From Thermofilaceae archaeon (GTDB lineage Archaea > Thermoproteota > Thermoprotei > Thermofilales > Thermofilaceae), in the NCBI GenBank assembly GCA_038861545.1, contig JAWCCZ010000003.1, positions 1-64,000 on the forward strand: a stretch of DNA of 64,000 nt, read 5' to 3'. Numbering within the stretch: position 1 is the stretch's first letter; every line of letters begins with the position of its first letter. The notes under the pieces were generated by a model, which was given only the letters and a program-made list of their open reading frames with translations, was not told the DNA's origin and did no database searches. Shown piece by piece: positions 47,551 through 56,696 of this stretch. The position numbers and the translations under genes are program-made.

Positions 47551-49332
47551 GCCCTCAATGCTGATTCGTGTACGATACTCGTCCTTAACTTCGTCAGGTA
47601 TTAGATTGGAAGGTTTATAGATGGTAAGTGGTCTTATAAGGTGGGTCACATTATTTGAAAGGCAAAGGCTGCAGATACCTCTTAATCCCTGAGCTACTGT
47701 ACCACATAACTCACAAACAGTAAATTCCAAGTGAAAAGTAACCCTAAATATCCCTCTATTCATAGCTAAACACAAAGTTTTGATTAAAGTTTCCGAGAAT
47801 AAATGTGATTTCGATGCTACCGGCCATACGGATCCTCCCTGAAGCACTCCTTGAGTTGCCCCTTCCACCGAAGCCCATTCCTCAAAACTTCTCTCTATTG
47901 AGAGTACACAACTACTGAGTGGATTAAAGAGCTTTGTCCGAGCATTTGAATAAAGTTTTTCGTCAGGCATTGATGCTGAAACATCAATGTCACTTATAGA
48001 ACGCGAAATTGACTTCCAAAATCTGTTAGCCAGTTCAATTAAATTACTTAACCTCAAGTCTCGATGATGCATTCTCATCGCAGCTTCGAAACCAGTGAGT
48101 GCTAACTGTGGACTCAAAACTTCATAGTTTTCAACTAAACCCTTTAAACGTGACACAATGCGGCCCGTGTTAAAGTGTGCGCTAAGCATTAAACATTCCT
48201 GAGCTACGTGTTCTAGGATATTGTAAGCATCTAAACCGCTCTGCTTAACTTCAACATATAAAGTAGTAAGAGGAACTGCTACTCGGATAGGCAAAATATA
48301 GGCTTTCTCCGCATCAGGCACAGGAGCCTCGGCCAGCGATATACTAGGTATTCTACCCCCTCTGCTTATTATAGAGCAGACTGGGCTATTAATTACGGTC
48401 AGCCAGTCAAGTATGCTTTCGCTCCATTCGTTAAAGTCATGAATGACGACTCCCAACCTCCTAAATCCATCTATAGGTGGCTCATTTGGATCTATTACTA
48501 CCGTAACTTTCCCAGGAGGAATTAAATTATCTATAGTTTTTAACTCCTCCTGATCTACTTTATCTATTAACACGACTATCTCATCAACGTAATCTATTAA
48601 ACGTGCAACTGTTTTTGTGATGCTATTCCTTAACTGTAAGAAAACTGTTTGAGCTCCCGTCAATGTGTAAATGGGGTTCCTTACAAAAACCAATCCTTTA
48701 AGTTGATAATCGTAAAGTGTTTGAGATATATTACGCAGTGTTTTTAAACTAATTATGTTTTCACATAACTCTTCACGAAAGCCAGAATATTCGCGACTAG
48801 CGTATGATCTGGCTAAGGCTTCGCTCACTTCAGGAGGCAAACAAATATAATCGCCTATTTTCCCTATAAGTTCTATTTCCGCTAAAAGCCCTAGAATTTC
48901 TTCACTAACTGGTTCACCTGAACTTGAAAGTTTTTCCCAAATTCTTGCTATAACTTCTTCGCTTTCATTACTGTACCCGACACCCGATTTGCGAGCGATT
49001 TCTGAAAAAGAAACGCTCTTCGGGACTCCTCTATAATCAATTAAAGTCGACTTCTTCGATTCTCCATACAATCCTCCCAGCTCACGAAGCCTGGTTACAA
49101 TCCATCTTCCGATGCTAGTCAGTTCATACAACCCTTTTTCATTTACATTTATCAACCCCGCATCTCTAAGTTTTCTGATGTGAAAGTTTAGTTTACCGCC
49201 AGTCAAATTTAATTCATGAATAAGATCGGTGAAGTTACTCGAACCTTTTGATGCTAAATGCAAAAGTATGCGAATCCTTATTTCATGTCCAACACTTTGT
49301 AAAACCCTAGTGACTTCTCTGTTTACTTCCAT
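47536..49332 (-). CDS. ArsR-type winged helix fused to a degenerate anaerobic (class III) ribonucleotide-reductase-like body with a Zn ribbon
   Basis: N-terminal HEIRIRIL...GKLNFHIRKL..GL...YELT; C-terminal CELCG......CSLC.S..V..L.RPLTIY...EY..R, where NrdD has R.xGY. Confidence 0.7.
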   Translation of the reverse strand: MEVNREVTRVLQSVGHEIRIRILLHLASKGSSNFTDLIHELNLTGGKLNFHIRKLRDAGLINVNEKGLYELTSIGRWIVTRLRELGGLYGESKKSTLIDYRGVPKSVSFSEIARKSGVGYSNESEEVIARIWEKLSSSGEPVSEEILGLLAEIELIGKIGDYICLPPEVSEALARSYASREYSGFREELCENIISLKTLRNISQTLYDYQLKGLVFVRNPIYTLTGAQTVFLQLRNSITKTVARLIDYVDEIVVLIDKVDQEELKTIDNLIPPGKVTVVIDPNEPPIDGFRRLGVVIHDFNEWSESILDWLTVINSPVCSIISRGGRIPSISLAEAPVPDAEKAYILPIRVAVPLTTLYVEVKQSGLDAYNILEHVAQECLMLSAHFNTGRIVSRLKGLVENYEVLSPQLALTGFEAAMRMHHRDLRLSNLIELANRFWKSISRSISDIDVSASMPDEKLYSNARTKLFNPLSSCVLSIERSFEEWASVEGATQGVLQGGSVWPVASKSHLFSETLIKTLCLAMNRGIFRVTFHLEFTVCELCGTVAQGLRGICSLCLSNNVTHLIRPLTIYKPSNLIPDEVKDEYRTRISIEGLKKR

Positions 49333-49344
49333 GATATATAACTC

Positions 49345-50703
49345 CTACTTCCAAAATTCTTCTTTAACTAAGTAATATAACTCTTCCTCATCTTTAAACC
49401 ATTTTTCAAAACCCTTGGGCTCCTGGGGAAATTCAGAATAAATACTCCGCGCTTTATCCATATAGTTCTTCAGTTTAGTTATTTGAGATAGGAGACTCGG
49501 TTTTCTAAGTAACCTGATAGCCCCCACAAGCTTAGTAATGACAGCAGCTACAAGCTCACCTCTATAGCCGAGAGAGGATAACTCATCATCACTTACCACT
49601 CCACTTTTAACTATTAACTCAAGGTCATCGTTAGTTAATCCTTGTACGTATATCCTTACTACATCCAGCATTGCCTGTTTAATCCCATATGCATCCAAAT
49701 ACGCTTTTTGATATGGCCAAAGGTATTCCATGTCGGTTCTTCCATTTTCAAGAGCGCTTATAGTAACCTTAGCAGCATGATAACTACTAACAAGCGCAGG
49801 CCCTATTCCGCCCCCATGGAGCGGGTTAGCGGTATAGGCAGCATCACCGACAGCTATGAACCCGTTCCAAATGACACATGGTGCTAACCGTCTTGTTGGA
49901 ACAAGTCCACCCCCCTCATGTAGCACTTTACCTTTAACGCGTGTCAACTCACTAAGCAAATGTTTCTCAAACATTATACGGGGATTTGGAGCGCCTTTTC
50001 CTGCCTTGACACCCAGTCCAAAGTTTACAGTGTATTTATCTTTTGGAAACCACCACCAGTACCCTCCTGGAGCCACTTCAGCATTCAATATTATGTATGC
50101 TAAGCTGGGGTCCTGTTCTTCCTCTATTGATGCTATTACTCGATAGGCTACGTTGAAGTCTTCAAGGGGAGCTTTGTATGAAACCCACCACTCAGGTGGT
50201 AATTTTGTTCGTACTGCTGCCGTAGCACCTGTAGAATCAACCACAATTTTTGATTTTACTTCTATTAAACCTTTTTTACCGGTAACTAAAACCCCGTTCA
50301 CACGCTTTTTCTCAATTATTGGTTTTTGCACTTGATGGTCTGCTAGGAGCTCTGCACCTGCATCAAGTGCCATTTTCAAGAGTCTTTGACCAAAAGCCTT
50401 CCTATCTAAAGCGTAACCATTTCCCCATGCGGTGATATAATACTTTCTGCTAGGAGAAAAAACGCGAACTCCTTTTATAGTTCCTGTCGCATCTAATCCA
50501 ACTCGAGGGTTTTCTAATCCAACAGCTTTAAAGTGATGTTCTCCGACAGCGTCTCCGCAGACTTTCTCGCCAACCCTATCCTCGCTTTTAGTCTCAACCA
50601 AAATAGTAGAGAAACCAGCTTTAGATGCATGATAAGCAAAGAACAGGCCGCTAACACCTGCACCTGAGATTACTATATCATAATTTACTTTCAAGCTCAT
50701 CAA
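49345..50703 (-). CDS. Digeranylgeranylglycerophospholipid (geranylgeranyl) reductase
   Basis: GAGVSG, KVCGDA, APGGYWWWFPK, GDAA...NPLHGGGI. Confidence 0.92.
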   Translation of the reverse strand: MMSLKVNYDIVISGAGVSGLFFAYHASKAGFSTILVETKSEDRVGEKVCGDAVGEHHFKAVGLENPRVGLDATGTIKGVRVFSPSRKYYITAWGNGYALDRKAFGQRLLKMALDAGAELLADHQVQKPIIEKKRVNGVLVTGKKGLIEVKSKIVVDSTGATAAVRTKLPPEWWVSYKAPLEDFNVAYRVIASIEEEQDPSLAYIILNAEVAPGGYWWWFPKDKYTVNFGLGVKAGKGAPNPRIMFEKHLLSELTRVKGKVLHEGGGLVPTRRLAPCVIWNGFIAVGDAAYTANPLHGGGIGPALVSSYHAAKVTISALENGRTDMEYLWPYQKAYLDAYGIKQAMLDVVRIYVQGLTNDDLELIVKSGVVSDDELSSLGYRGELVAAVITKLVGAIRLLRKPSLLSQITKLKNYMDKARSIYSEFPQEPKGFEKWFKDEEELYYLVKEEFWK

Positions 50704-50728
50704 CCCCCCTTTACTGTAGAAGCTTTTA

Positions 50729-51091
50729 TTACTGCTGTGTTTTATTGGCGCGTTTTAGCCATTCTTCGACTACATCTACACCATAGATTTCCTTTAAACG
50801 TCTTCTACCATCCTCTGTAACTCTTAGCGGAGACCAAGGTGGATCCCAAACAAGCTCAATACTAATATTCTTCACACCTGTTATATTTTGTTTAATTACT
50901 TCTTCTATAAGGGAAGGAAGGTAACTCCCAAGGGGGCAACTTGGAGCCGTCAAAGTCATTTTTACCTTGACTTCGGAATTGTTAACCTCCAAGTCGTATA
51001 TTAAACCTAAGTCATATACATTGACTGGGATTTCAGGATCATAGACTTTTTTTAGCGCCTCTATTACTTTATCTTTTAAACTCACATGCAC
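50729..51091 (-). CDS. DUF59/SufT (CIA2-like) Fe-S assembly factor
   Basis: VYDPEIPVNVYDLGLIY, TLTAPSCP, VWDPPW. Confidence 0.92.
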   Translation of the reverse strand: MHVSLKDKVIEALKKVYDPEIPVNVYDLGLIYDLEVNNSEVKVKMTLTAPSCPLGSYLPSLIEEVIKQNITGVKNISIELVWDPPWSPLRVTEDGRRRLKEIYGVDVVEEWLKRANKTQQ

Positions 51092-51213
51092 TGCACTCCT
51101 ATAAGCATTTATTATTTACGTGCATCAAGCTATGGCTACAACTATAACCCTAATTGGGAATCGGTTTAAAAGGAACTGCTTAAATTTAAAAGCTGCTAAA
51201 ATACAGCTGCGCG

Positions 51214-51927
51214 ATGAGTGAACCAGTTAAATCAGGCGATGTGGTACTACTTCACTATACGCTAGTGCTCAAAGACGAGAACAAGGTTCTCGAAACAACC
51301 ATAGAGGAGGTTGCCAAAGAGCAGGGAATTTACAGCGATAAAGCCACATATAAGCCCACTCTACTAATAATTGGTGCTGGTGAAGTTCCTGCGGGACTAG
51401 AAGAAGCAATTACTGGAATGAATGAAAATGAGGAAAAGGAGATAGAGGTTCCACCCGAAAAAGGTTTTGGAAGAAGAGACCCGGATAAGGTGAGAGTGCT
51501 ACCAGCCAGGCTATTTTCGTCTCAAGGTGTTATACCTAGAGCCGGAGAGGAGGTAGAAATAAGGGGTGAGAGAGGAACTATCGTGAGCGTAGGCAGCGGT
51601 AGAGTTATTGTGGATTTTAACCATCCCCTAGCAGGAAAAAGTTTGCTTTACAAGGTGAAAATAGTTAAAGTAGTTAGGAACGTTGAGGAAAAAACTAGGG
51701 CTTTATTGGAAAAATACATAGGAGTAGTTGAGGGGGTTGAAGTAAAGGTGGAAGGTGATGCAATTATACTCAATATACCATTTCACCTGCTGCATTCCAG
51801 TGATTTCATAGAGAGAATCGAGCGATTCGCTCGAGACCTTGAGAAGCATGTAAATGAAGTCACTACGTTAAAGCTGGAAAGCACCATGTTGCGGCGAATG
51901 TCAGAAACTCCGGTGCAACAGACTTGA
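51214..51927 (+). CDS. Long-type FKBP peptidyl-prolyl isomerase (SlyD-like)
   Basis: GLEEA..GM, VPPEKGFG.R, VDFNHPLAGK. Confidence 0.92.
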   Translation: MSEPVKSGDVVLLHYTLVLKDENKVLETTIEEVAKEQGIYSDKATYKPTLLIIGAGEVPAGLEEAITGMNENEEKEIEVPPEKGFGRRDPDKVRVLPARLFSSQGVIPRAGEEVEIRGERGTIVSVGSGRVIVDFNHPLAGKSLLYKVKIVKVVRNVEEKTRALLEKYIGVVEGVEVKVEGDAIILNIPFHLLHSSDFIERIERFARDLEKHVNEVTTLKLESTMLRRMSETPVQQT

Positions 51928-52994
51928 GAATATTGGAGTGCGATGAAAGCCGAAGAATAATCAAGTTTCAGTTGGAAACTCTTGAGGATCTATACTTTAT
52001 ATCTTTAATTATAGATCCAGAGGATACTATTACAGCATGGACCACTCGTCAAGTCAGGATATCGAGAGGTGATGGTTCAGAAGAGAGGGGCGAGAGAGTA
52101 CGCGTAAAACTAACATTGAGTGTAAAGAAAGTTGAATTTCAAAGATTTTCTGATGTACTTAGGGTTTTAGGAGTAGTTGAGGAGGCACCCGAATGGCTTT
52201 ACGCTAAAGGGTCGTATCATACAATAGGTCTTAAGGTGGGCGACGAGGTTTTACTTTGTAAGCAATTTATAACAAAATATCATAAAAGAATCCTGGAATT
52301 AGCAGTTACACGTACAAAGGTCGCCGGTGTGTTAAGCGTTGACTTCGAGGAACTCGCAACAGGTATTCTCCGCCCTCAGGGGCTTGAAATAATCTCTGTT
52401 ATAGCCCTACCTAGAGCGCGTAAGGAGGGAAGTATCAGAGAACATCTGGAGATTTCATTGTCGAAGCATTTACATTCTATTATTAAACAATTAGAAGTGA
52501 AAAATGTTGGTCAAATAATAGCTGTAGCTCCTCAACTGGTTTTAGAAGTATTAGGTGAACAGTTGCACGGGCTCAAGATACCGGTTAAATTCCTCAAAAC
52601 CACCGAAGGTGGTTTAGCAGGCATATATGAATTATTAAGAGATGATAGGTTTAAAGAAATGATAGAAAATTTAATTTTTTCAGTATCACGTGAAGCTTTA
52701 TCCGAGTTAATAGAAACCATTATGAAATCCCCTGCTAGGGCAGCTTTGGGCATTGAAGAAGTCAAACAAGCTCTTCAAAGTAATTCTGTTAAGTTGCTGT
52801 TAGTAAGTGACGAGATATTTTTAAGCGATAAGAGAGAAGAAATAATAGGTATACTCAGATCGGCTTCCGATGTGGCGAGAGATATTGTTGTAATACCACC
52901 CTACGTAGAAGGGGCTGATATGTTAAGACGCTTCGATGGGATCGCTGCAATTCTTTACTACGATGCAATGTTTCCCTCAAATAGGGTACGCTAA
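51924..52994 (+). CDS. pelA: Pelota (Dom34) mRNA surveillance protein
   Basis: ETLEDL..., T.R.V, LRVLG, G.YHT, GG.AG..E, F.GIAAIL. Confidence 0.88.
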   Translation: MRILECDESRRIIKFQLETLEDLYFISLIIDPEDTITAWTTRQVRISRGDGSEERGERVRVKLTLSVKKVEFQRFSDVLRVLGVVEEAPEWLYAKGSYHTIGLKVGDEVLLCKQFITKYHKRILELAVTRTKVAGVLSVDFEELATGILRPQGLEIISVIALPRARKEGSIREHLEISLSKHLHSIIKQLEVKNVGQIIAVAPQLVLEVLGEQLHGLKIPVKFLKTTEGGLAGIYELLRDDRFKEMIENLIFSVSREALSELIETIMKSPARAALGIEEVKQALQSNSVKLLLVSDEIFLSDKREEIIGILRSASDVARDIVVIPPYVEGADMLRRFDGIAAILYYDAMFPSNRVR

Positions 52995-53079
52995 TTGTTC
53001 CAAATCGCTTCAAACACATAAAATTAAGATTAATCTCTATGTAGCGTATAACCACTTGAGGGGGCAAATAATCGCAAAG

Positions 53080-53188
53080 TGGTGCGGGGGCCGGGATTCG
53101 AACCCGGGCAGGCCTCCGCCAGCGGAGCCTCAGTATAGGCCTGACCTTAGTCAGTCCGCCCCCTTTGTCCTAGCTCGGGCACCCCCGC
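53080..53188 (-). tRNA. tRNA-Leu(GAG) with a 21-nt intron at 30/31 (53135-53155); CCA encoded
   Basis: GCGG^ACTGACTAAGGTCAGGCCTAT^A CT GAG GC TCCGC; BHB; long variable arm; body nearly identical to the tRNA at 1781-1899. Confidence 0.92.
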
Positions 53189-53287
53189 TAAACCTAGCTA
53201 ACCAACCCAGGTAATAAATTTTCGCTAAGTTAAGAATGTACTGCTTGTAACAGTATTTACGCTATGTTTTTAATTAAGTCTCTTAAA

Positions 53288-53710
53288 ATGGGCTTGGTGA
53301 AAGAGTTGAGTACAAGGCCCGTTGACGCTGGCTCTCTTAAACCAGGGTCCTTCATAGTGGTAGATAACGAGCCATGTAGAGTGTTAGAGGTGGAAAGGTC
53401 TAAGACAGGCAAACATGGGTCGGCTAAAGTTAGAGTAGTGGCGATGGGGTTATTTGATAATGCTAAAAGAACCCTGGTAGTACCGGCAGACTCTAAAGTA
53501 GAGTCACCTGAAGTTCGTAAGTTTGCAGGTCAAGTACTGGCTGTAATAGGTGATAACATAGTACAAGTGATGAATTTAGAAGATTACTCAACATTCGAAG
53601 CTCCGATGCCTGAAGATCCCGATTTGAAAGCTAGAATTGAGCCGGGTGGAGAAATAGAAGTATGGGAAATAATGGGACGTTATAAAATAACGCGTACTCT
53701 TAAACGCTAA
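53288..53710 (+). CDS. eif5a: Translation factor aIF5A
   Basis: Hypusine motif SKTGKHGSAK. Confidence 0.96.
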   Translation: MGLVKELSTRPVDAGSLKPGSFIVVDNEPCRVLEVERSKTGKHGSAKVRVVAMGLFDNAKRTLVVPADSKVESPEVRKFAGQVLAVIGDNIVQVMNLEDYSTFEAPMPEDPDLKARIEPGGEIEVWEIMGRYKITRTLKR

Positions 53711-53760
53711 TGTGCACCGAAACTATTATTAGCATGCGCTATTACTGTTACTAGAATTAA

Positions 53761-53810
53761 AGTGATGAGCCAGGCTAGCTGAATAATGATCGGGATCTTG
53801 AGTGCTGAGA
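53761..53810 (+). ncRNA. C/D-box methylation guide sRNA
   Basis: C GTGATGA (53762-68), D' CTGA (53779-82), C' ATAATGA (53783-89), D CTGA (53805-08); the D guide is antisense to the spliced tRNA-Leu(CAA) anticodon loop. Confidence 0.85.
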
Positions 53811-54129
53811 TCTCTTGTTAAAAACCTCTTTGATTTCCAGCAAACCTGAACACAGCATGTGGAACGGCATTCAACAGCGAACACTGGACGCAGTTTATAC
53901 GGGTGGGCCAATATATTTCGGAGCGAATCAGAAGTTTCCAGAAAGTGGTACTGGTACAACTCTAGTCTTGGCCAATCATTATAACACTGCCATACTTTCA
54001 CTGACTACAATGATATCACAATGCAGATTGCACGATATCGCAGGTTACTTGAATAAAACCGAGGTTTTAGGTGGCTAGCTTATGCTATACGTTTATTAGG
54101 GGTACACTTCTCTCGTGTACTATTAATGA

Positions 54130-54157
54130 TATAAAAAATTTATAAATTCTATATATT
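54130..54157 (+). promoter_or_regulatory. Putative BRE/TATA promoter of the hydrogenase operon
   Basis: AAAAAATTTATAAATT (purine run plus TTTATAAA, itself a 12-bp palindrome) about 45 nt upstream of ATG 54192. Confidence 0.45.
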
Positions 54158-54191
54158 GCACCTTAATAAGAGTCTGCTTAAGGCGTCCCTG

Positions 54192-54707
54192 ATGGAAGGC
54201 GTTAAGGAGAACAAGGTCGGTTGTACCAGCATAGACGAGCTTTTTCAGGGGTTAAGAAGGGAACCTCATAATTTGCTTGAAGCGCTTAGAAGGGTGCAGG
54301 CTCGTCACGGGTACCTGCCGCTTGAGGGGATTAAGAAAGCTGCTGAGTATGTAGGAGTCCCATTAGCTCAAGCTTATAGTGTCGCTACATTTTACCATCA
54401 ATATAGCTTAGAGCCAGTGGGTAAGTACAGAATACTTGTGTGCATGGGTACTGCTTGTCATCTTCGTGGTAATAATTTAAACATAGAATTTCTGCGTACT
54501 ATGCTAGGATTAAAATCGGGTCAGAAAACTACAAGTGACGGTATTTTTTCGGTAGAGGAAGCTCGTTGCTTTGGTTGCTGCGGGCTCGCCCCGGTCGTGG
54601 TAGTTCAACATTCTGGCGGTAAAAACGAGATAGTAGGTAGGGCAAACGCGCGAACGCTAAGGGCAGTTATAACGAAATACAGGAAGCTCGAAGGGGGTGC
54701 GGACTAA
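54192..54707 (+). CDS. HydC/NuoE-like [2Fe-2S] subunit
   Basis: YSVATFY, VCMGTACHLRG, CFGCCGLAPV. Confidence 0.92.
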   Translation: MEGVKENKVGCTSIDELFQGLRREPHNLLEALRRVQARHGYLPLEGIKKAAEYVGVPLAQAYSVATFYHQYSLEPVGKYRILVCMGTACHLRGNNLNIEFLRTMLGLKSGQKTTSDGIFSVEEARCFGCCGLAPVVVVQHSGGKNEIVGRANARTLRAVITKYRKLEGGAD

Positions 54708-56696
54708 ATGTCATGGAGTTTATTAGATAAATGTTGTGAAAAATGCAAACATTCACTAGAAACCCCGTGTCCAGATGTTATAGAGTGTTCGTTAAATGGT
54801 CCATTATGTCACAGTAATGAAGAATGTGTTCAGAAAAGAAAGGTTAGAATTGAGCAGCTGCATTACGGAGAAAAGGGGGCTAAAATCAAAGTACCATGGA
54901 CAAGCTGCACACTTGCTACGGGTGCGGAGGCAATCTACCAGGTAGTTGTTGACTACATCTCAAAAAAAGGATTAGATATAACCGTGTCAATCTCCGGTTG
55001 CTATGGTCTTGATTTTATCGATCCTTGGATTGAGTTTACAGCAAAGGATATGCCCACAGTCGTCTACGCTAACGTTAAAGAAAGCAGCGTGCCGAAGCTC
55101 ATAGAAAAGTACTTTGTAAATCGAGACGTTAGCGGGGCTTTTGCGCTTAAAGAGCGAACCGGCAACACTAAAGGCGAGGATCAGATACCCTTGCTCAGCG
55201 AGTTAGATTTCTGGAGGAAGCAGTACAAATGGGTTTCTCGAAACTGTGGCATAGTCAATCCAGAGTCGCTTGAAGAATACATAGCTTCAGGCGGCTACAA
55301 AGGGCTTAGCAAAGCTCTAAAAATAGGGCCGGATGCCGTTATAGATGAAATTCAGAAAAGTGGATTGAGGGGGCGAGGTGGCGCAGGTTTTCCAACAGGC
55401 TTAAAGTGGAGAATAACAAGACAGCAACGCGCTACACCGAAGTATGCTATAGCTAATGCTGATGAGGGCGATCCAGGCGCGTTTATGAATAGATTGCTAG
55501 CAGAGTCTGATCCCTTCAGAATTGTAGAGGGGTTAACAATAGCTGGCTATGCTGTTGGTGCTAGCAGGGGCTTCATTTTCGTGCGGGCTGAAAAACCTTT
55601 AATGGCTAGGAGATTACAGAGAGCAGTTGAAGAGGCCAGAAAGTATGGCTTACTGGGTATGAATATTCTTAGCTCGGGCTTCAATTTCGATATAGAAGTG
55701 ATACTCAGCGCTGGAGCTTTTGTGTGTGGTGAAGAAACAGCGCTTATCGCCGCTATTGAAGGTAAAAGGGCTTGGCCTCGGCAACGGCCACCCTATCCAG
55801 CTGAAAAAGGATTATGGGGCCAACCTACAGTGATAAATAATGTAGAGACACTAGCTCATGCGGCTACGATTATGGCTGAAGGTGCAGAGAAGTTCTCTGC
55901 TTTAGGTAGCGATAAAACAAAGGGTACGAAAATGTTCTGTGTTACTGGGACGGTCAAAAGAACGGGTGCGTATGAAGTGCCAATAGGAGTTACTATCCGA
56001 ACCCTTGTTGAAGAGTTAGCGGGAGGCGCGCCAGAGGGGGCAAAGATTAAAGCAGTACAGATAGGAGGGCCATCGGGTGGCTGCATACCAGCTTCGCTCT
56101 TAGATTTACAAGTAGATTATGAAACCCTACAAAGCGCTGGTGCTATAATGGGAAGCGGAGGTGTAGTCGCCATTAGCGATGAGAACTGCATGGTTGATGC
56201 GGCCAAGTTTTTCCTAACATTCACATCGGCAGAGTCCTGCGGAAAATGTATACCTTGCCGAGTGGGGTTACGAGTAATGTGGAGCATTCTAGATAAAATA
56301 ACGCATGGCAAAGGTCAAGAAGGTGATTTAGAGATCTTAAAACAGCTCGCCGAGACTGTTCGAACCACAAGTTTGTGTGCTCTAGGAGGGACTGCACCGA
56401 ACCCAGTACTTTCCACGCTCCGCTACTTTATGGATGAGTATGAAGCACATATCAAAGAAAAAATATGTCCTGCAAATGTATGTGCTACACTGATTACTTA
56501 CTCGATAGATGAAAATATATGTATAGGTTGCGGGCAATGTGCAATGAATTGTCCAACAAACGCTGTATCAAAACTTGTAAGCGGTAAGTACTCTATAAAT
56601 CAAAATTCATGCATTAAATGTGGAACTTGCTATATAATTTGCCCAGTAAGGGCTGTGAAAAAAGCTAGCGGTTCAGGAGGTGGTAGAAATGGTTAA
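54708..56696 (+). CDS. HydB/NuoF-like FMN/NAD(P)H-binding diaphorase subunit with a C-terminal 2[4Fe-4S] ferredoxin
   Basis: SGLRGRGGAGFPTG, NADEGDPGAF, FVCGEETAL, ESCGKCIPCR, SLCALG, H....CP...C, two CxxCxxC..CP. Confidence 0.93.
   Translation: MSWSLLDKCCEKCKHSLETPCPDVIECSLNGPLCHSNEECVQKRKVRIEQLHYGEKGAKIKVPWTSCTLATGAEAIYQVVVDYISKKGLDITVSISGCYGLDFIDPWIEFTAKDMPTVVYANVKESSVPKLIEKYFVNRDVSGAFALKERTGNTKGEDQIPLLSELDFWRKQYKWVSRNCGIVNPESLEEYIASGGYKGLSKALKIGPDAVIDEIQKSGLRGRGGAGFPTGLKWRITRQQRATPKYAIANADEGDPGAFMNRLLAESDPFRIVEGLTIAGYAVGASRGFIFVRAEKPLMARRLQRAVEEARKYGLLGMNILSSGFNFDIEVILSAGAFVCGEETALIAAIEGKRAWPRQRPPYPAEKGLWGQPTVINNVETLAHAATIMAEGAEKFSALGSDKTKGTKMFCVTGTVKRTGAYEVPIGVTIRTLVEELAGGAPEGAKIKAVQIGGPSGGCIPASLLDLQVDYETLQSAGAIMGSGGVVAISDENCMVDAAKFFLTFTSAESCGKCIPCRVGLRVMWSILDKITHGKGQEGDLEILKQLAETVRTTSLCALGGTAPNPVLSTLRYFMDEYEAHIKEKICPANVCATLITYSIDENICIGCGQCAMNCPTNAVSKLVSGKYSINQNSCIKCGTCYIICPVRAVKKASGSGGGRNG

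Noticed and set aside
53135-53160. Apparent Val(GAC) anticodon (GCGGA CT GAC TA) in the tRNA at 53080-53188
   Set aside because: The GAC lies inside the BHB intron hairpin; the spliced product has a GAG anticodon and a Leu-type variable arm.
52855-53214. ORFs 52855-53067 and 52936-53214
   Set aside because: They overlap pelota and the tRNA-Leu(GAG) gene and have no coding signature.
53729-54078. ORFs 53729-54001 (-) and 53815-54078 (+)
   Set aside because: No recognisable motif; the minus ORF overlaps the C/D sRNA. The plus ORF may be a gene remnant but cannot be supported.
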